From: Octopus sinensis
Lineage: Eukaryota
Reading direction: 5' to 3'
NCBI RefSeq assembly: GCF_006345805.1
Contig: NC_042998.1
Coordinates: forward strand, 82,584,001 to 82,648,000
DNA length: 64,000 nucleotides
A program made the position numbers and the translations under genes. The notes under the pieces are model-generated. The model was given only the letters and a program-made list of their open reading frames with translations. It did no database searches and was not told where the DNA came from. Each line of letters begins with the position of its first letter. Positions within the stretch are counted from its first letter, which is position 1. This document shows positions 43,081 through 56,075 of this stretch, piece after piece.

Positions 43081-43953
43081 TTTCTACCTCTTCGTCTTCC
43101 TCCAGGGTTGAGGTAGTCAAATCTTCCTGCACCCGGCCATCCTAAAAAAATCTGGAAAAAACAGATTATCGGCTGATTGGGTCCACAGGGTCAAAACTTC
43201 CTTCGATCCCACCCAATCAGCCGCAGGTAGAATTTTGACATTAAAGTGCTTGGCTCCGCTGCCACCCAGACCTCGAAGGATAGTGTCTTCTATCTATTCG
43301 GGCTCTATTCTGGGTGGCAGCCCTCACACTTCTGCCAACTCCTATTCAATGTCTGCCTGAGAGAACACAGTGATGGTGTCGAGGGACTTAGAATATGTCC
43401 TCAACACCACCGTTCTCTCATTAAAGTTTTTCCTACTGCTTGAAGGCCACAATTTGCCACTCCAATATTATTTTTATTTTTGCTGCCATGCTTGCGAAAG
43501 AAAAAAATTAAGAAAAATAAAATAAAATAAAATAAAATAAAGAAAAATGTTCAATACAAAATCCAAAATGTTCCAAATAAAAAGTCCAATGAAAACACAA
43601 AAAAGAACAGAAAGACAGAGCAGAGAAAAAGAATGAAGGAAGACAATATAAGTCACGGCAATACAATTCCACCACTAAGCTGATCCACAAGAATACAGGT
43701 GCTCCAGTTCGCCGACGCAGCACACAAAAATTTCTCCACGAATTCATAAATTTTCCAAATTTTGGTATCGAGACACGTTCAGCAAAACAACAATTCTCAC
43801 AGTTAAGTGAATCACTCGGCGCGACCGCAACAGACAAATGCCTACTTTGCAGTCGCGCCTTCAACGGTTCTTTAATTCAAGACGGCTTCCAAGCACATCT
43901 TGAAAGTGTTCACTCTCATATGTGACTGACAAACCCTACGTATGCGTAAGCGA
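42915..43953 (-). mobile_element. Second, diverged L1/Tx1-like copy (5' UTR + ORF1 part)
   Basis: Collinear with 22300-23495 (GCAAGCATGG ORF1 start context, GAGAGAACGGTGGTGTTGAGGAC, CCCAATCAGCCGCAG). ORF1 motif QEPEWPPQ corresponds to EDPDWPPQ. Confidence 0.75.
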
Positions 43954-43989
43954 GGTAAGCAAGCTACTTACCACACAGCCACTCCTGCG
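43954..43989 (-). mobile_element. 5' 36 nt of the CORE-like SINE head, abutting the LINE 5' end
   Basis: rc CGCAGGAGTGGCTGTGTGGTAAGTAGCTTGCTTACC. Confidence 0.7.
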
Positions 43990-44017
43990 TATATATATAT
44001 ATATACATATATATATA

Positions 44018-44290
44018 CTGTTGTGTCTGGAGAGAGTCATTTTCTTTTCGTGCCTTATAATTTAACATACCGGTAAAAATTCCACTTATCCCGTATTTTT
44101 ATTTTCCTAGAATTTTCGTTGCGTCTTGCAACCTTTTTGTTAGTCTTGACTCTTAAAGACTATTGAAAAATATTGCAAGACGCCTCGGAAAGTTTAGGAA
44201 AATAAAAATAAGGAATAAGTGGAAATTTTGCCGGTGAGTGTGATAAATTATAAGGCACAAAAAGAAAACGACTCCCCCCAGACACAACAG
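44018..44290. mobile_element. Foldback element after (TA)n with HHR-like remnants in both arms
   Basis: CTGTTGTGTCTGG..GTGCCTTATAATTTA..CCACTTAT..ATTTTTATTTTCCTA..GCGTCTTGCAA is mirrored by TTGCAAGACGC..TAGGAAAATAAAAAT..ATAAGTGG..TAAATTATAAGGCAC..CCAGACACAACAG. Confidence 0.8.
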
Positions 44291-47200
44291 AATATGCTTA
44301 AACATACGAACTGACATAAAGAATCTTGCAAACCATATCCAAGAACGAAATATTCGGAGGTGTATTAGAAGACTGGTCTTGAAACCATTTGGTTGAGAAG
44401 TAAACTTCTTAACACACACACATGCCTGCGTCTAGTTGAAATTTACTTAGTAGTGCTGTTCAGTAATCTTTTAAACTTATGTGATTCTGTGTATTTGGTA
44501 CTTGATGTGTATTTTCTGTTGTCAGAAAAAAAGAAGCATTACTGCTTATTTCATTTGTACTGGGCAAAATAAAATTTGTTCTCTTATTTTATATGCCAAT
44601 TTTTTTCTTTATTTTCTAAGCAACCCATGAATGGAATGTTTTGTTTTGTTTTGTGAACTTGCAAGACATTTCTCCTACTGAATCTTCAACTTCGAAATAA
44701 TAGTTGAACGTGTTTTTATCTGTTAAAGAAACTGTCGCAAACATTTCTCAGCGCTACAACACAATGGCGACGATAATGAAATTTGAATTACTACCACGTG
44801 ATCAGTAATGCTGCATCATGACCTCACAGCCATTGTACTTCTCTTTTCCTTCAAAGGCATTGTATCATTTTCATGATAGTTCAGCCGAGTTGTGGTGTGT
44901 GCATAACGGCAAAAAAAAATAATGATAATAACAATAAAATAACACAAATAATCCATACAAAACTTTATTTCACCAATATATTTTAACTTTGAATATCTCA
45001 ATGAAAATGTTATCAGAAATACAAATACCTACATGACCACTACTTTCATCACACAACATGTTCTCATCTGATTGTCATTTATTTGAATTACACATGTATA
45101 TGGAGTTGTTTTTCTTTGATATCAGCCAATATCTCTAGTAGTGTTTTTTTAACATCCATTTCATATTGAAGTTTCAGAATAACTTTTTGGCAATTTGTAT
45201 GGCACCATCACTGGCACGGTGTATTTACATTTAATTTATATTACAAGTTTGCTTCCATATATCTCATTTCACTCCAATTGCAGTCGATCTTCTACATTTA
45301 CCGTCTATGTTTTACTACTACATGTTTTCATTATTGATAGCGTCAATAAATTATGTATCATGTAACTCGAGCAATTTCTCAATTTATTAAAAGCTTGATG
45401 CATTCTAAATATTTAAAATTTACATTGCGATTTTATTTTATTTTGTTGCTTGCTTTTTGTTTGTTTGTTTTTTTTTGTTTCTTTTTACACATCTATTTTT
45501 TATTATACATTAATTTCTCTACGCCAAACCTAGATTTGCAATATCTGATCATTTGCAATGAATTTCTGTAGCGACGTTTTTTTTTATTGTAAACACTACA
45601 TTCCACAAATATAATCTATAATCTAATTAGCAATTTATTTCCAAACACAGTTTCCAATTTTAAAGATGGTAAGGATATTTTAAAGAGATATTTGCTTAAA
45701 TATTTTAAATTGAACAAGTGTGTAAACACACTATTGCTTTTACTCTCAGGAAATCCAAAGACATATTAAACACATTCATACCAAAATATTTATGTCATTA
45801 TCTTTTCTCAGCTTAAATTATTATTTATGTTACCAGTAAAATCCAGCGAATTCTATGGAGAGAAAAATAATTTTGGACCAGTTTATTTTGCTTGTACTTT
45901 CTGTTAATACCATCAAATATTAACATCTCTATTTTAAAAACAAACAAATAGAACAGCTAAGTTAATGTTAAAAATGTTAGGTATTCAATAATTAAAATGC
46001 CATGTTGAAGTAAACATGCACTATCGGAAAAAATTATATTAACCGATAACTAATTTTAAGTTTTCCGAGAAGTGCTCTTAGCAGATACAGATGTTTTCGA
46101 CCTTATTCTCACCTCATCAATAAAGATTAGCATGCGCCATAATTGCTGAAACAGACTAACACAAAAATGACTAACGTAATATACAAAAAAAGAAAGAATA
46201 ATTAATAAATATTTAAAAAATACTTTGATTGGCACAAAATCATGGGGTTATTTAGAAAGTCAGTAATTTACAGACTCCGTTCGCTTTCAATCTAATAAGT
46301 AAACTAATGTTAATATTTTTAATGCATATAACGTTCAAAAATTATAAAGAAGCAAATACAAAACAATATGACGAATGTAATTTCCTTTTCGCCGCTTTGC
46401 ATCAAATAAGATATCCCTTAACTGCATGCAATATATTTTCCTCCAAATAGCACTGTAGGGAATAGAATGTAGCAAATTATTTATTAAATTGTTTTAAAAT
46501 ATTAAAGTAAGAACAGTCTTCTCTTTTCATTTTTTTATCTGACTTGACTATCCGTCCTTCTGTAGATATACTCAGACAGATTTAAACTGGCGATTTTGCA
46601 ATAGAAGAACTATAACTCTACAAGGCTATTGTCCACGTGGTCAATGTTTCAAGCTGCAGTAAATCAGTGTGCTTTCGAGTAAGAAAGCCAACGAATGATT
46701 ACCAGCGTCAATAAATGCCTCACCGAAACAGACTGAATGATCCACAACGCAGGTAAAGTTTGACTTAGAAAAGAAAAAGGCTTCCTCTACATACTATGCA
46801 AACCTCAAAAATTTTCCGAATATGTTTTCATCCATGCCACCGCTACAAAGAAGAATATATACAAGAATGTTGTGTAAAGAACAAAACGTTGATAATATAT
46901 TACATCAGAAATAAAGGAATTAACAAACAAAAGTAGAACATTGAAGTATATAAACATTCATGAAAATTGATGTGTTCTGTATTTAATAATGAAGGTATTA
47001 TTAGGGTTACGATTATATATTATCAAAACACGTCCATATTTACAGCAAAATTCAATTCATAAAAGTTTATTTGCATTCTCATGATAAATCGCTTCACTGA
47101 AAAATTATCTTAGCTACAATAAAAAAAATTGTTTTACATTAATGCTAGTAAGAATAACAAAAGCACTATTTTCATAAGTGTGAATGTATGTGAGTGTATA

Positions 47201-47517
47201 CATATTTACGCACAAGCTCACGCGTACATGTACGCAAACACAAGCACGCACATGTGCGTGCGCGCACACAGACATATGTGCGTATGTTTGGGTGTATTCA
47301 TGTGTAACACCAACATAAATATACATGTACGTGTGTGGGCGTGTTTGTGCGTATTTATGTATCATATAGTTAAATATATATCAATTAGTATGTATATACA
47401 TGTATGTAAAGTATAGTATTTATATAGGTAGTGCGTGTGTGGATATGTGTGCGTATGTACTCATGTATGTATGTACAATCACATGTGTATACACACACTC
47501 ACACACACATATATATA

Positions 47518-47596
<79 letters not shown>

Positions 47597-48279
47597 AATA
47601 CATATGTAGTAAATTGTGACAAGATTCAGCATAAAAATCACCTAACTAACTCTCATTTCTGATGCCTATATCAGAACATATACAAATACATTTCTGCATA
47701 AATAAATACGTATATACAAATATTTCTGTGGTTGATTATTATTATTTCAAATGTCGATCTTTTCAATACATATAGGTTATATGATTTTTTCGAGTAGACA
47801 CGAACACACACACTACGACACATTCTATCACCGGCTCTCACAGACACTTGTATATTCATATATACCCATTGTCACAGGCACATATAGATATATATATATA
47901 CGCTTATTTTCTATTTTTAATTCATTTTATTCTGCTTGTAAATAAAGACGGGAGGCGCAACAATAGTGAAAAGCAAATGAAAACGCTTCCTATAATAAAT
48001 GCAATGAATTTATATTGAGTTATTGATGTTGTGATGTATTTTTTATGAAAAAAAAACAGATTTCTTCATACCCCTCTTTAGAATGATAAACTATTCCATT
48101 CTTTCGAACACAAAGCTTCAAGCACTTTCTTGTTATAATTGCTGTTTAACTCTTGTCCAATCTTGAGTACACAGATACATGAGCAAAGACTGCGCCAATA
48201 GTCATCCATTTTTGTGTAAGTCATTGTACTTCTCGAATTATATTATCCAATGTTTTTTTCTCCTAATATTAGTTTCAAA

Positions 48280-48462
48280 CTTTGGTACAGGGCCAGTAAT
48301 TTTAAGGGTGGGATAAGCCAATTACATCAGTTCTAGTGCTCATCCGAAAGGATGAAAGACAAAGTCAACCTCGACGGAATTTGAACACGGAGAAAATAAA
48401 GACGGACGCGAAACGCCGCTGATTTTGCCCACTGTGCTAACGATTCTGGCAGCACGCCGCCT
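48280..48462 (-). mobile_element. tRNA-derived SINE (third family), decayed
   Basis: Reverse-complement homologue of 36915-37140. Confidence 0.6.
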
Positions 48463-49713
48463 TTTTTTCCCGTAATATTAAAGATAATGGAATGTTTTTA
48501 ATAAAAGAAACACTTAACTGCTATTTCAGACATGCGAAGCAATCTATAGAAACTCATTTGTTGCAATGTTCCGAACACCTTGTTTTTGTCACGTAATTGA
48601 AGTGCCATAATTGTAACATTTATGAACCTCTTCGGATGAGACTGAACTCACAAGATTATATTTCTTTAGGGTCCTAATTCTCTTTTCACTAAACCGTCTT
48701 TGGAAAGCTATTCTCATATTTAATGGTAGTTATTCATTAAGAATTTCTTTTACATTTTCGTATCGCAATTCATTTGACTGCTTAACAACTAGAAAATTCA
48801 GTTGACCAGAAATTCAAGAACAAATTATTTAAAATTCTAAAAATCAAGTTTTCTCTAATGGCTGAAAGGAGTTTTAAAGATATATGGATCTTCTCAAAAA
48901 TAAACTACCACAGAATATTTGGGAATAAAACCGAGCATGTGAAAAGTTAAGAATAGTTTCTAAATCTCAATGGCATGATTATTATAAATGTTCTTACTTT
49001 TCGCTTAGAACCCTCCGATGTGCGTCAAGAATCAAGCGATTACCAGTTACCACAATTTGTTTTATTTTGCAAGCTCGAAGAACCAGTTAAGACTCAATGA
49101 TTGATGCTAATGACCTTTAAATATTTCGTTTATCTTTTTTTTACTTCATTTGTCAACAAATCTAGTAGAAAAAAAAATTATGAGAGTTTATTGTTGCTAT
49201 CAATGGAATGACGCAACTGTTGCGAAAGTAAAGCAATCTCGAAAACTTTCTGAACGGATAAGAATGGTGCACTGCTCTAGTTGTCAGTGGAAGACCATGA
49301 AGTATTCATAAGAAAAAGCAATTTGGCAGATATTTGTTTACGGCTTTTTCTCATCGTTTCTCTAGTGAATGTATTTTAAGTAATAAACTGTTCTCAGAAA
49401 AAAGTACTATATCATCTGAAAGATAACCTGATATAGACTGTTGGAGACATTTATCCCAATCCTTAATAAGCTCTTTGGAGTTTTAAAGATATTTGCTTAC
49501 ATTATATCACATTACACTTTGTCATCAAAAAGGGTTGATGTATTCATCATGGGCAAACGAATGGTAAGGTTATTACTGACCGAACAAAGAACTTAATTAA
49601 AGTTTTAATGTACCCATCCTAACAATATAATAAATTTTGTTTGTTTATCTTCGAGATGCAGAATTTAGTTTCGTCCCCACCTAAACACTCCAAACTTTGA
49701 TACAAAGAATACA

Positions 49714-49796
<83 letters not shown>

Positions 49797-50477
49797 TTCT
49801 TCCCACATTTCTTCTGACACTATACTGACCTCTGTTTCTCGAAACTGATCGGCCTATTGCTACGACCACTCATGGACTCACAGACTAACGACTCGGTCGT
49901 GTCTCCCCTACTCGTCACCTATAATATCCAGTCCAACTCCATCATAAAACACCTTGTACTAATCTCTTCTTGTAGCCCTATCTTCCCAGAGTTTCATCTC
50001 TCTGGAATTCCACCCTCTTATCATTTTCTGCTTCTCTGCAACACAGTAATTTCTTAGGGTCTCTGGAGGTCATAAATACAGTTACTTTCTCCTGGATACA
50101 TCAAGAAAACATTGAAATTTTAAATAAGTTCTAGCGATTCACAAAGTTTAAATTGAAATGACTCTTGTACGTTGTTTTGGTCGTAGAGCTAAAACCAAAA
50201 TCATGGTTTCTTTTCATAGATCTCTATAATCCACTGCGTCAATAAATAAGTGACAGACGAATTTACTCTCAGATGAACACCGCCAAATCTCAGTCATTTT
50301 GGCCACAGTATTGCACTGAATACTGCAGACCATTGAGCAAAAATATTATTTTAGTCGCAATGAAATACAATGACATTATAATCCACTTGTCATCTAGCTG
50401 GAGTTTTTCTTTATTTATAGGTGAAGACCGAATTATGTATAAACTTCAAACACATCTTATGTTTTTTGCTTAAGAAA

Positions 50478-50645
50478 CGTTATGCTGGGCATGATGGAAA
50501 GTGTCAGCTGTCCACAGCCAGCAGAGTAAGGTGACTTGTTTACTGGTCATGCTTCAAGTACCCTGCGAAGAATTATTGCAGCTCTAAGCAATGCTGATTT
50601 TTGTAGATGTTCTACCTTCACATTGGCACCTATCTTTTTCAGCTA
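50478..50645 (-). mobile_element. R4/Dong 3' end fragment
   Basis: IGANVKVEHLQKSALLRAAIILRRVLEA-stop plus a 3' UTR homologous to 51810-51970. Confidence 0.7.
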
Positions 50646-51427
50646 TGCTGGTAGTTGAGTGCTGACACTTCCAAGTGCACTAATTTTAAATATACTTTAA
50701 GGTTAAATATATTTTGTATTTTAAATATATATTAAATATAATTTTAAAATTTGTTGATGATTGTAAGAAGTTGATTGAAAAGAATTTTATCACCTTGAGT
50801 ACGGTAATCAGTTTAATAGCATTGTCAAAGCAGTATAGTAAGTAGGAAGACTAAAAGCTTTTTATATAACAGGCATTAACACTGACTCCACCTCCACCTA
50901 TTGCCTTAAAAGAAATTGACTTAATAGAATAAAAATTCTGACAAAAATTAAGTTGCCGTGATATGTTTAATCAAAAGGAAAATTAAACTGATTTCCGTAA
51001 ATGTTATTATGGAAGATTAATGTACTAGCAATAGTTAAGAATGGTGCTACACTACGTCTTCAAAAGTATATAAGGTGTGCTACAGTACAGCAATATTACT
51101 TTTAAAGAACATATCCAGACTGTATTCAAAACAAATGGCAATCAGTGCATTAACATGAAACTTAAAATGTCTCAAGAGATACAATCAGCTGTATTTGTCT
51201 CATTTTTACCATAAACATAAACAGAGAAATCATTATATTAGGGACATATTCCCCCAAAGAATTTTGTCAGTAATTTATATTATTAGCTAAATCTGTTTAC
51301 AGAAGAACTTTGTAGACCGCGATTTAAACGTGTTTTCTTTCAAAAGCCACAACCGAATATTCGTTAAAAGACAATGTTATCTCTATTCTGACAAAGTTGT
51401 TTACATACAAAGAGAAATACTTCAATA

Positions 51428-51467
<40 letters not shown>

Positions 51468-51484
51468 CGACGACGACGACGATG

Positions 51485-51542
<58 letters not shown>

Positions 51543-51582
51543 TAATAATAATAATAACAATAATAATAACAATAATAATAAC

Positions 51583-51611
<29 letters not shown>

Positions 51612-51614
<3 letters not shown>

Positions 51615-51975
51615 AGAAAATGTGTGATTATCGACATAGCATGCCCCGGTGACAACATGATCAAAGTGAAAGAAGAAAAAATAAACGACTATGATGATTT
51701 AAAGTGGGAAATACGAAGTTTGTGGTCAATGAAGAGAGTAGACGTGATACCAACAGTAATTGGTGCACTTGAAACTATCAGCACATGGCTGAAAAAGATG
51801 GGTGCAAGTGTGAATGTAGGACACCTAAAAAAAATCAGCATCGCTTGGAACTGCAAGAATTCTTCCCAGGGTTCTTGAAGCATGACCAGTAAACAAGTGT
51901 CAACTTAGTCTGCTGGCTGTGAACAGCTGACACTTGCCATCATACCCAGCAAAATAAGCTATGACTTTTCATATC

Positions 51976-51977
<2 letters not shown>
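51612..51977 (+). mobile_element. R4/Dong 3' fragment with (AAT)n on both sides
   Basis: IIDIACPGD..KINDYDDLKWEIRSLWSMKRVDVIPTVIGALETI. (AAT)n at 51485-51612 and 51980-52033. Confidence 0.8.
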
Positions 51978-52036
<59 letters not shown>

Positions 52037-52856
52037 TGATGATGATGATGATATGATGATGATGATGATAATAACAATAATAATAATAATAAGAAGAAGA
52101 AGAGAAGAAGAAGAAGAAGGAGAACAACAACAACAACAACAACAATTAAATAATTAGATGGGGAGGAGGAGGAGGGAAAGAAGGAGAATGTTTAATAGGA
52201 ACAAGTAGATGAGGAGCAGGAGGAGGAGCAGGAGGAGGAGGGAAAGAAGAAGAAGAAGAAGAAGGAGAACAACAACAACAACAACAACAATTAAATAATT
52301 AGATGGGGAGGAGGAGGAGGGAAAGAAGGAGAATGTTTAATAGGAACAAGTAGATGAGGAGCAGGAGGAGGAGCAGGAGGAGGAGGGAAAGAAGAAGAAG
52401 AAGAAGAAGAAGAAGAAGAAGAAGAATGGGCCTACAGAATGCTTTGGTAAAGCGATAAGGACAAAAGACTTTACACTGACATTAAACATGGTGAAAATAG
52501 ATAAAAGAAGAACAATCCTATCACTGAGTGAAATTTAAAACTGAAGAATTGTTTTTGACCATAGATGAAAACCTTCGCAACTAGAATGTATCAAAAGCCG
52601 GTAATGGCGCAGAATACTTTAAGTAACTACAGAATGTATGAAGTTTGGGAGAATCAATTAACTTCTCTGTCTTTAGCTGTCCAAGCTCAGTCAAGAAGAA
52701 ATGTATATATAGGCGCAGGTGTGGGTCTGTGCTTATCAACCACATGGTTCTGGGTTCAGTCCCACTGCGTGGCACCTTGGTCGAGCGTCTTCAGCAATAT
52801 ATCCGACCAAAACCTTGTGAGTGGAGTTGGTAGACGAAAACTAAAAGAAGCCCGTC

Positions 52857-52890
<34 letters not shown>

Positions 52891-52932
52891 AAGCACTCCG
52901 TCGGTTACGACGACGAGGATATATATATATAT

Positions 52933-53190
52933 AATTGCAGCGTGGAAGGTGTTCGTAAGCCATTTAAGAAACACCCAAAAGCCGTTCGATTCACTTCAAC
53001 ATTTAAGTTTAATTTGTCAAAATATTTTCGTCGCTATAAGACCGCAACCTGTTCACTGACAAAAATCCGTGCTGTAGCACGGATTTTTGTCTGTTTTTTA
53101 TATAGCTTACAAACACCTTCCACGCTGCAATTGTTTTCGTTCCAGCACACGATCCCAGATCAAATCACTTGCTATGCAAGTACATCTCCG

Positions 53191-53193
<3 letters not shown>
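52933..53193. mobile_element. Foldback element of the 12785 family, nested in the SINE
   Basis: AATTGCAGCGTGGAAGGTGTT..AACACCTTCCACGCTGCAATT plus tail. Central hairpin AAAAATCCGTGC/GCACGGATTTTT. Confidence 0.85.
53013..53063 (-). ncRNA. Hammerhead motif with G3-C8 swapped core, perfect 7-bp stem I
   Basis: rc TTTGTCA-GTGAACA-G-GTTGC-GGTCTTATA-GCGAC-GAAA-ATAT-TT-TGACAAA. Confidence 0.6.
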
Positions 53194-53282
<89 letters not shown>

Positions 53283-54664
53283 AAAACAGAACTCAGCTAG
53301 CCTACATATATATGTGTGTGTGTATGTGCATGTATGTGTGTATGTTTGTGTGTCTGTCTTAGTCCCCCAACATCGGTTGACAACCGATGCTGGTGTGTTT
53401 ACGTCCCCGTAACTTAGCTGTTCTGCAAAAGATACCAATTAGAATAAGTGCTAGGCTTACAAAAGAATAAGTCCTGGGTCGACTTGGTCGACTAAAGGCG
53501 GTGCTCCAGCGTGGCCGCAGTCAAATGACTGAAACAAGTAAAAGAATATAAGAATAAAAGAATATGTATAGGCATAACAAAAACTGGCGCTTTTACATAA
53601 GGGAAATTATGCTTGTATTATAAAATATCAACATAGAGTAGTATAAACCTACACCAGAAAATATATCAGAGAATAACAATGTAACCATATTCTGGCGTGC
53701 CAAACCACATACACAACGAGACCAAAGTTAATCAACTGGATACTTTTGTTAGGGAACCGCATTGAAAGTAAGTTGTTCTCAAGTTACGCCAGACAGTGCT
53801 TAAATATTGTATATAATTCGTGGTGACATCATCAACTTTGGCTTAAGAACGCTTGATATCGAGTCAGCAATTATTCTTCCCTGATTGCAGAAATAGTAAG
53901 CTTTATGCATTACGCTGTACCGAAATGAACACTTAACAGCAGAATCTACTTTCGGTAGCAAGAACGACATTACGTTCCTGTATTTGATATTTTTATTTTT
54001 TTTATTTTTATGAAATTTTATGATGTTTCTGATTATGTTTATAATTGACTTGGGCAGGTTTTTAGCATCTTACTATGTTTTCTTACCGTCTTTCTTCCCA
54101 TTCTAAATCCTTTCCTTCATTTTATTCCACTACATCACTGTCTCAATGGGTATAGATTGATGGAATAATCTACTACACGCTAGTTGTAATAATTCTTAAT
54201 TTTCTATATTTGAAATATTATTGCACATCAATACCCAACAATCTATCATACTTTTCCACACTTTTCACCGCTTCTGTACTTTTGTTCTGCTGAGACATGG
54301 CAAAGGCCTGTATGTATTGAAATAATATTACATTTGACGGACGTTCAACTACACGTTTATTTTACTTTGTTGTTCATCTGACAAGCAATTGCAAGTTCTT
54401 GTCTATCCACCATTGCGTGAAGCAATATGTTCTTTCCCATCCATTTTATTCCCTGCCATCAAACTTCTGGAAACTTCAGAATGATAGTGAACTCGATCAC
54501 CCAGAATAAGCTATTGTACTTAGCTATTGTACAGAGTTTTTTCTCGCATCTCTCTATCCATGTGCGTGTGAGAAGGTAAGAAGAGTGAGAAAGAAAGAAA
54601 GAAAGAAAGAAAGAACAAAAGAACTTGGCAGACATAGGTATATGTGTGTGCACAATCATTATAT

Positions 54665-55110
54665 AGATGCAGAGATGGCTGTGTGGCTTAGAAATCCAGT
54701 TTTCAGACACGAGGTTTCGGGTCTAATTTCTCTGAACATCAATTTCGGGTCTAATTTCTTGGGCATCTTTTACAATAGCGTAGGCCTGCAAATGACTGGA
54801 TTTATTAACAGAAGTTACGTGGAAGACAATCTGTGTAATGTTTATGTTTGTGTATGCGTATGAGAATGTATGTGTACGCGTGTATGTGTGTGTGTCTTTA
54901 GGCTTGTGTCTGTATCCTGCACCGCTGGAGAACCGGTGTTGGTTTATTTATGTCCCTGCAGCCTAGCGGTTCATCAAAAAGAGAGATTCGTATTGAGTAG
55001 GAAACTTCAAAGATTATGTGCAGGGGTCGATTCGTTCGATTAAACCCTTGTAGGTGGTGCATCGGCATGGCCACATACCTATGACTGAAGCAAGTAAAAG
55101 ATAACATAAG
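54665..55110 (+). mobile_element. Decayed composite SINE
   Basis: GATGCAGAGATGGCTGTGTGGCTTAG head, (TG)n tract, and 3' module ending GGCCACATACCTATGACTGAAGCAAGTAAAAGA. Confidence 0.55.
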
Positions 55111-55575
55111 ATATAAGAGCACTCGGTGAGGGAGAGGGTTACTCAGACAGGCTCAGTGCATCCCTTAACGCAACAACCATCATTTCTAAGGACGTATCAT
55201 TGCCATCTCCAAGTTAAAGAAAAAATCCAATGTTTCTGCCCTCGACCTTCCATATACGTCTTGCAAAAGAAACATTTCTCACTTCACCTTCATCTTCCAC
55301 TTCAAGGATGACATGAAGACAGTTTGATAATTTTACCAAAGTAAAAGGTCTGTATTTAAATCTTTTAATTTTTGCTACCATGTGTTTATTTTGTTGTAGT
55401 TAGCAAAAGAAAAACTTCCTGCGCATTATAGTAATTGGGAATATAAGAGCATGGCCACACATTTCTAGTTAAAGAATATACGCTGAATCTTCAGAATCTA
55501 TAATTACATACATCATTAAACATTATTTACATTATTCACATTTGACGGATATTTGTCCTCATCTTGTTTGTTGTT

Positions 55576-55621
55576 AACACAACGTTTCGACTGATATAAG
55601 CTCCAGCCTTCATCAGGTGTC
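55576..55621 (-). ncRNA. Minimal hammerhead motif with canonical core
   Basis: rc GACAC-CTGATGA-A-GGCTG-GAGCTTATAT-CAGTC-GAAA-CG-TT-GTGTT. Palindromic AACGUU stem III region, GUU site. Confidence 0.65.
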
Positions 55622-55699
55622 TTGGAGAAATATCGAACCTGGGTTCTCATTCCTAAGGTATTTTTCGATGTTGTTATTATTATTTTTTTTTTCTTCTTT

Positions 55700-55940
55700 C
55701 AAATTTGCTTCCATTTCTTGCCGAGTGTCTTCCCGACTCCTAGGGCAAAGAAACTCATAGCATACATTGGTAGGCCATTAAACCAAACTCAGTAGTTCGT
55801 TAATTTTTTTTTTTTTTTTAAAGTTAAATTAAAATACATGAGCAGCAACAGTTCTCACATCGACAATGCTCTTCTCAATACGTGTGATGTACCAGTTAAG
55901 ACAATCTTTTGCACTTCTTGCAGGGATGGTAAGCCAGGGA

Positions 55941-55942
<2 letters not shown>
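55700..55942 (-). mobile_element. Short R4/Dong 3' end (second family), between AAT tracts
   Basis: IPGLPSLQEVQKIVLTGTSHVLRRALSM-stop plus 3' UTR. Confidence 0.75.
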
Positions 55943-56028
<86 letters not shown>

Positions 56029-56043
56029 TATTATTATTATTAC

Positions 56044-56072
<29 letters not shown>

Positions 56073-56075
<3 letters not shown>

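Larger units (their letters stand above)
52712..53545 (+). mobile_element. Composite tRNA/CORE-like SINE with nested insertions in its internal (TA)n
   Basis: Head GGCGCAGG..GGGTTCAGTCCCACTGCGTGGCACCTTGG..GAAGCCCGTC. 3' module GTCCCCCAAC..GGCGGTGCTCCAGCGTGGCCGCAGTCAAATGACTGAAACAAGTAAAAGA. Confidence 0.8.

Noticed and set aside
46566-46752. AG..GT-bounded segment that looks like an exon
   Set aside because: Stops in all three frames; no support for a non-coding exon.
48880-49600. Faint hAT-like transposase words (e.g. FVYGFFSS)
   Set aside because: Too degraded to assign by eye.
52105-52390. ~146-bp duplicated purine-rich block
   Set aside because: Low-complexity slippage duplication with no further structure.
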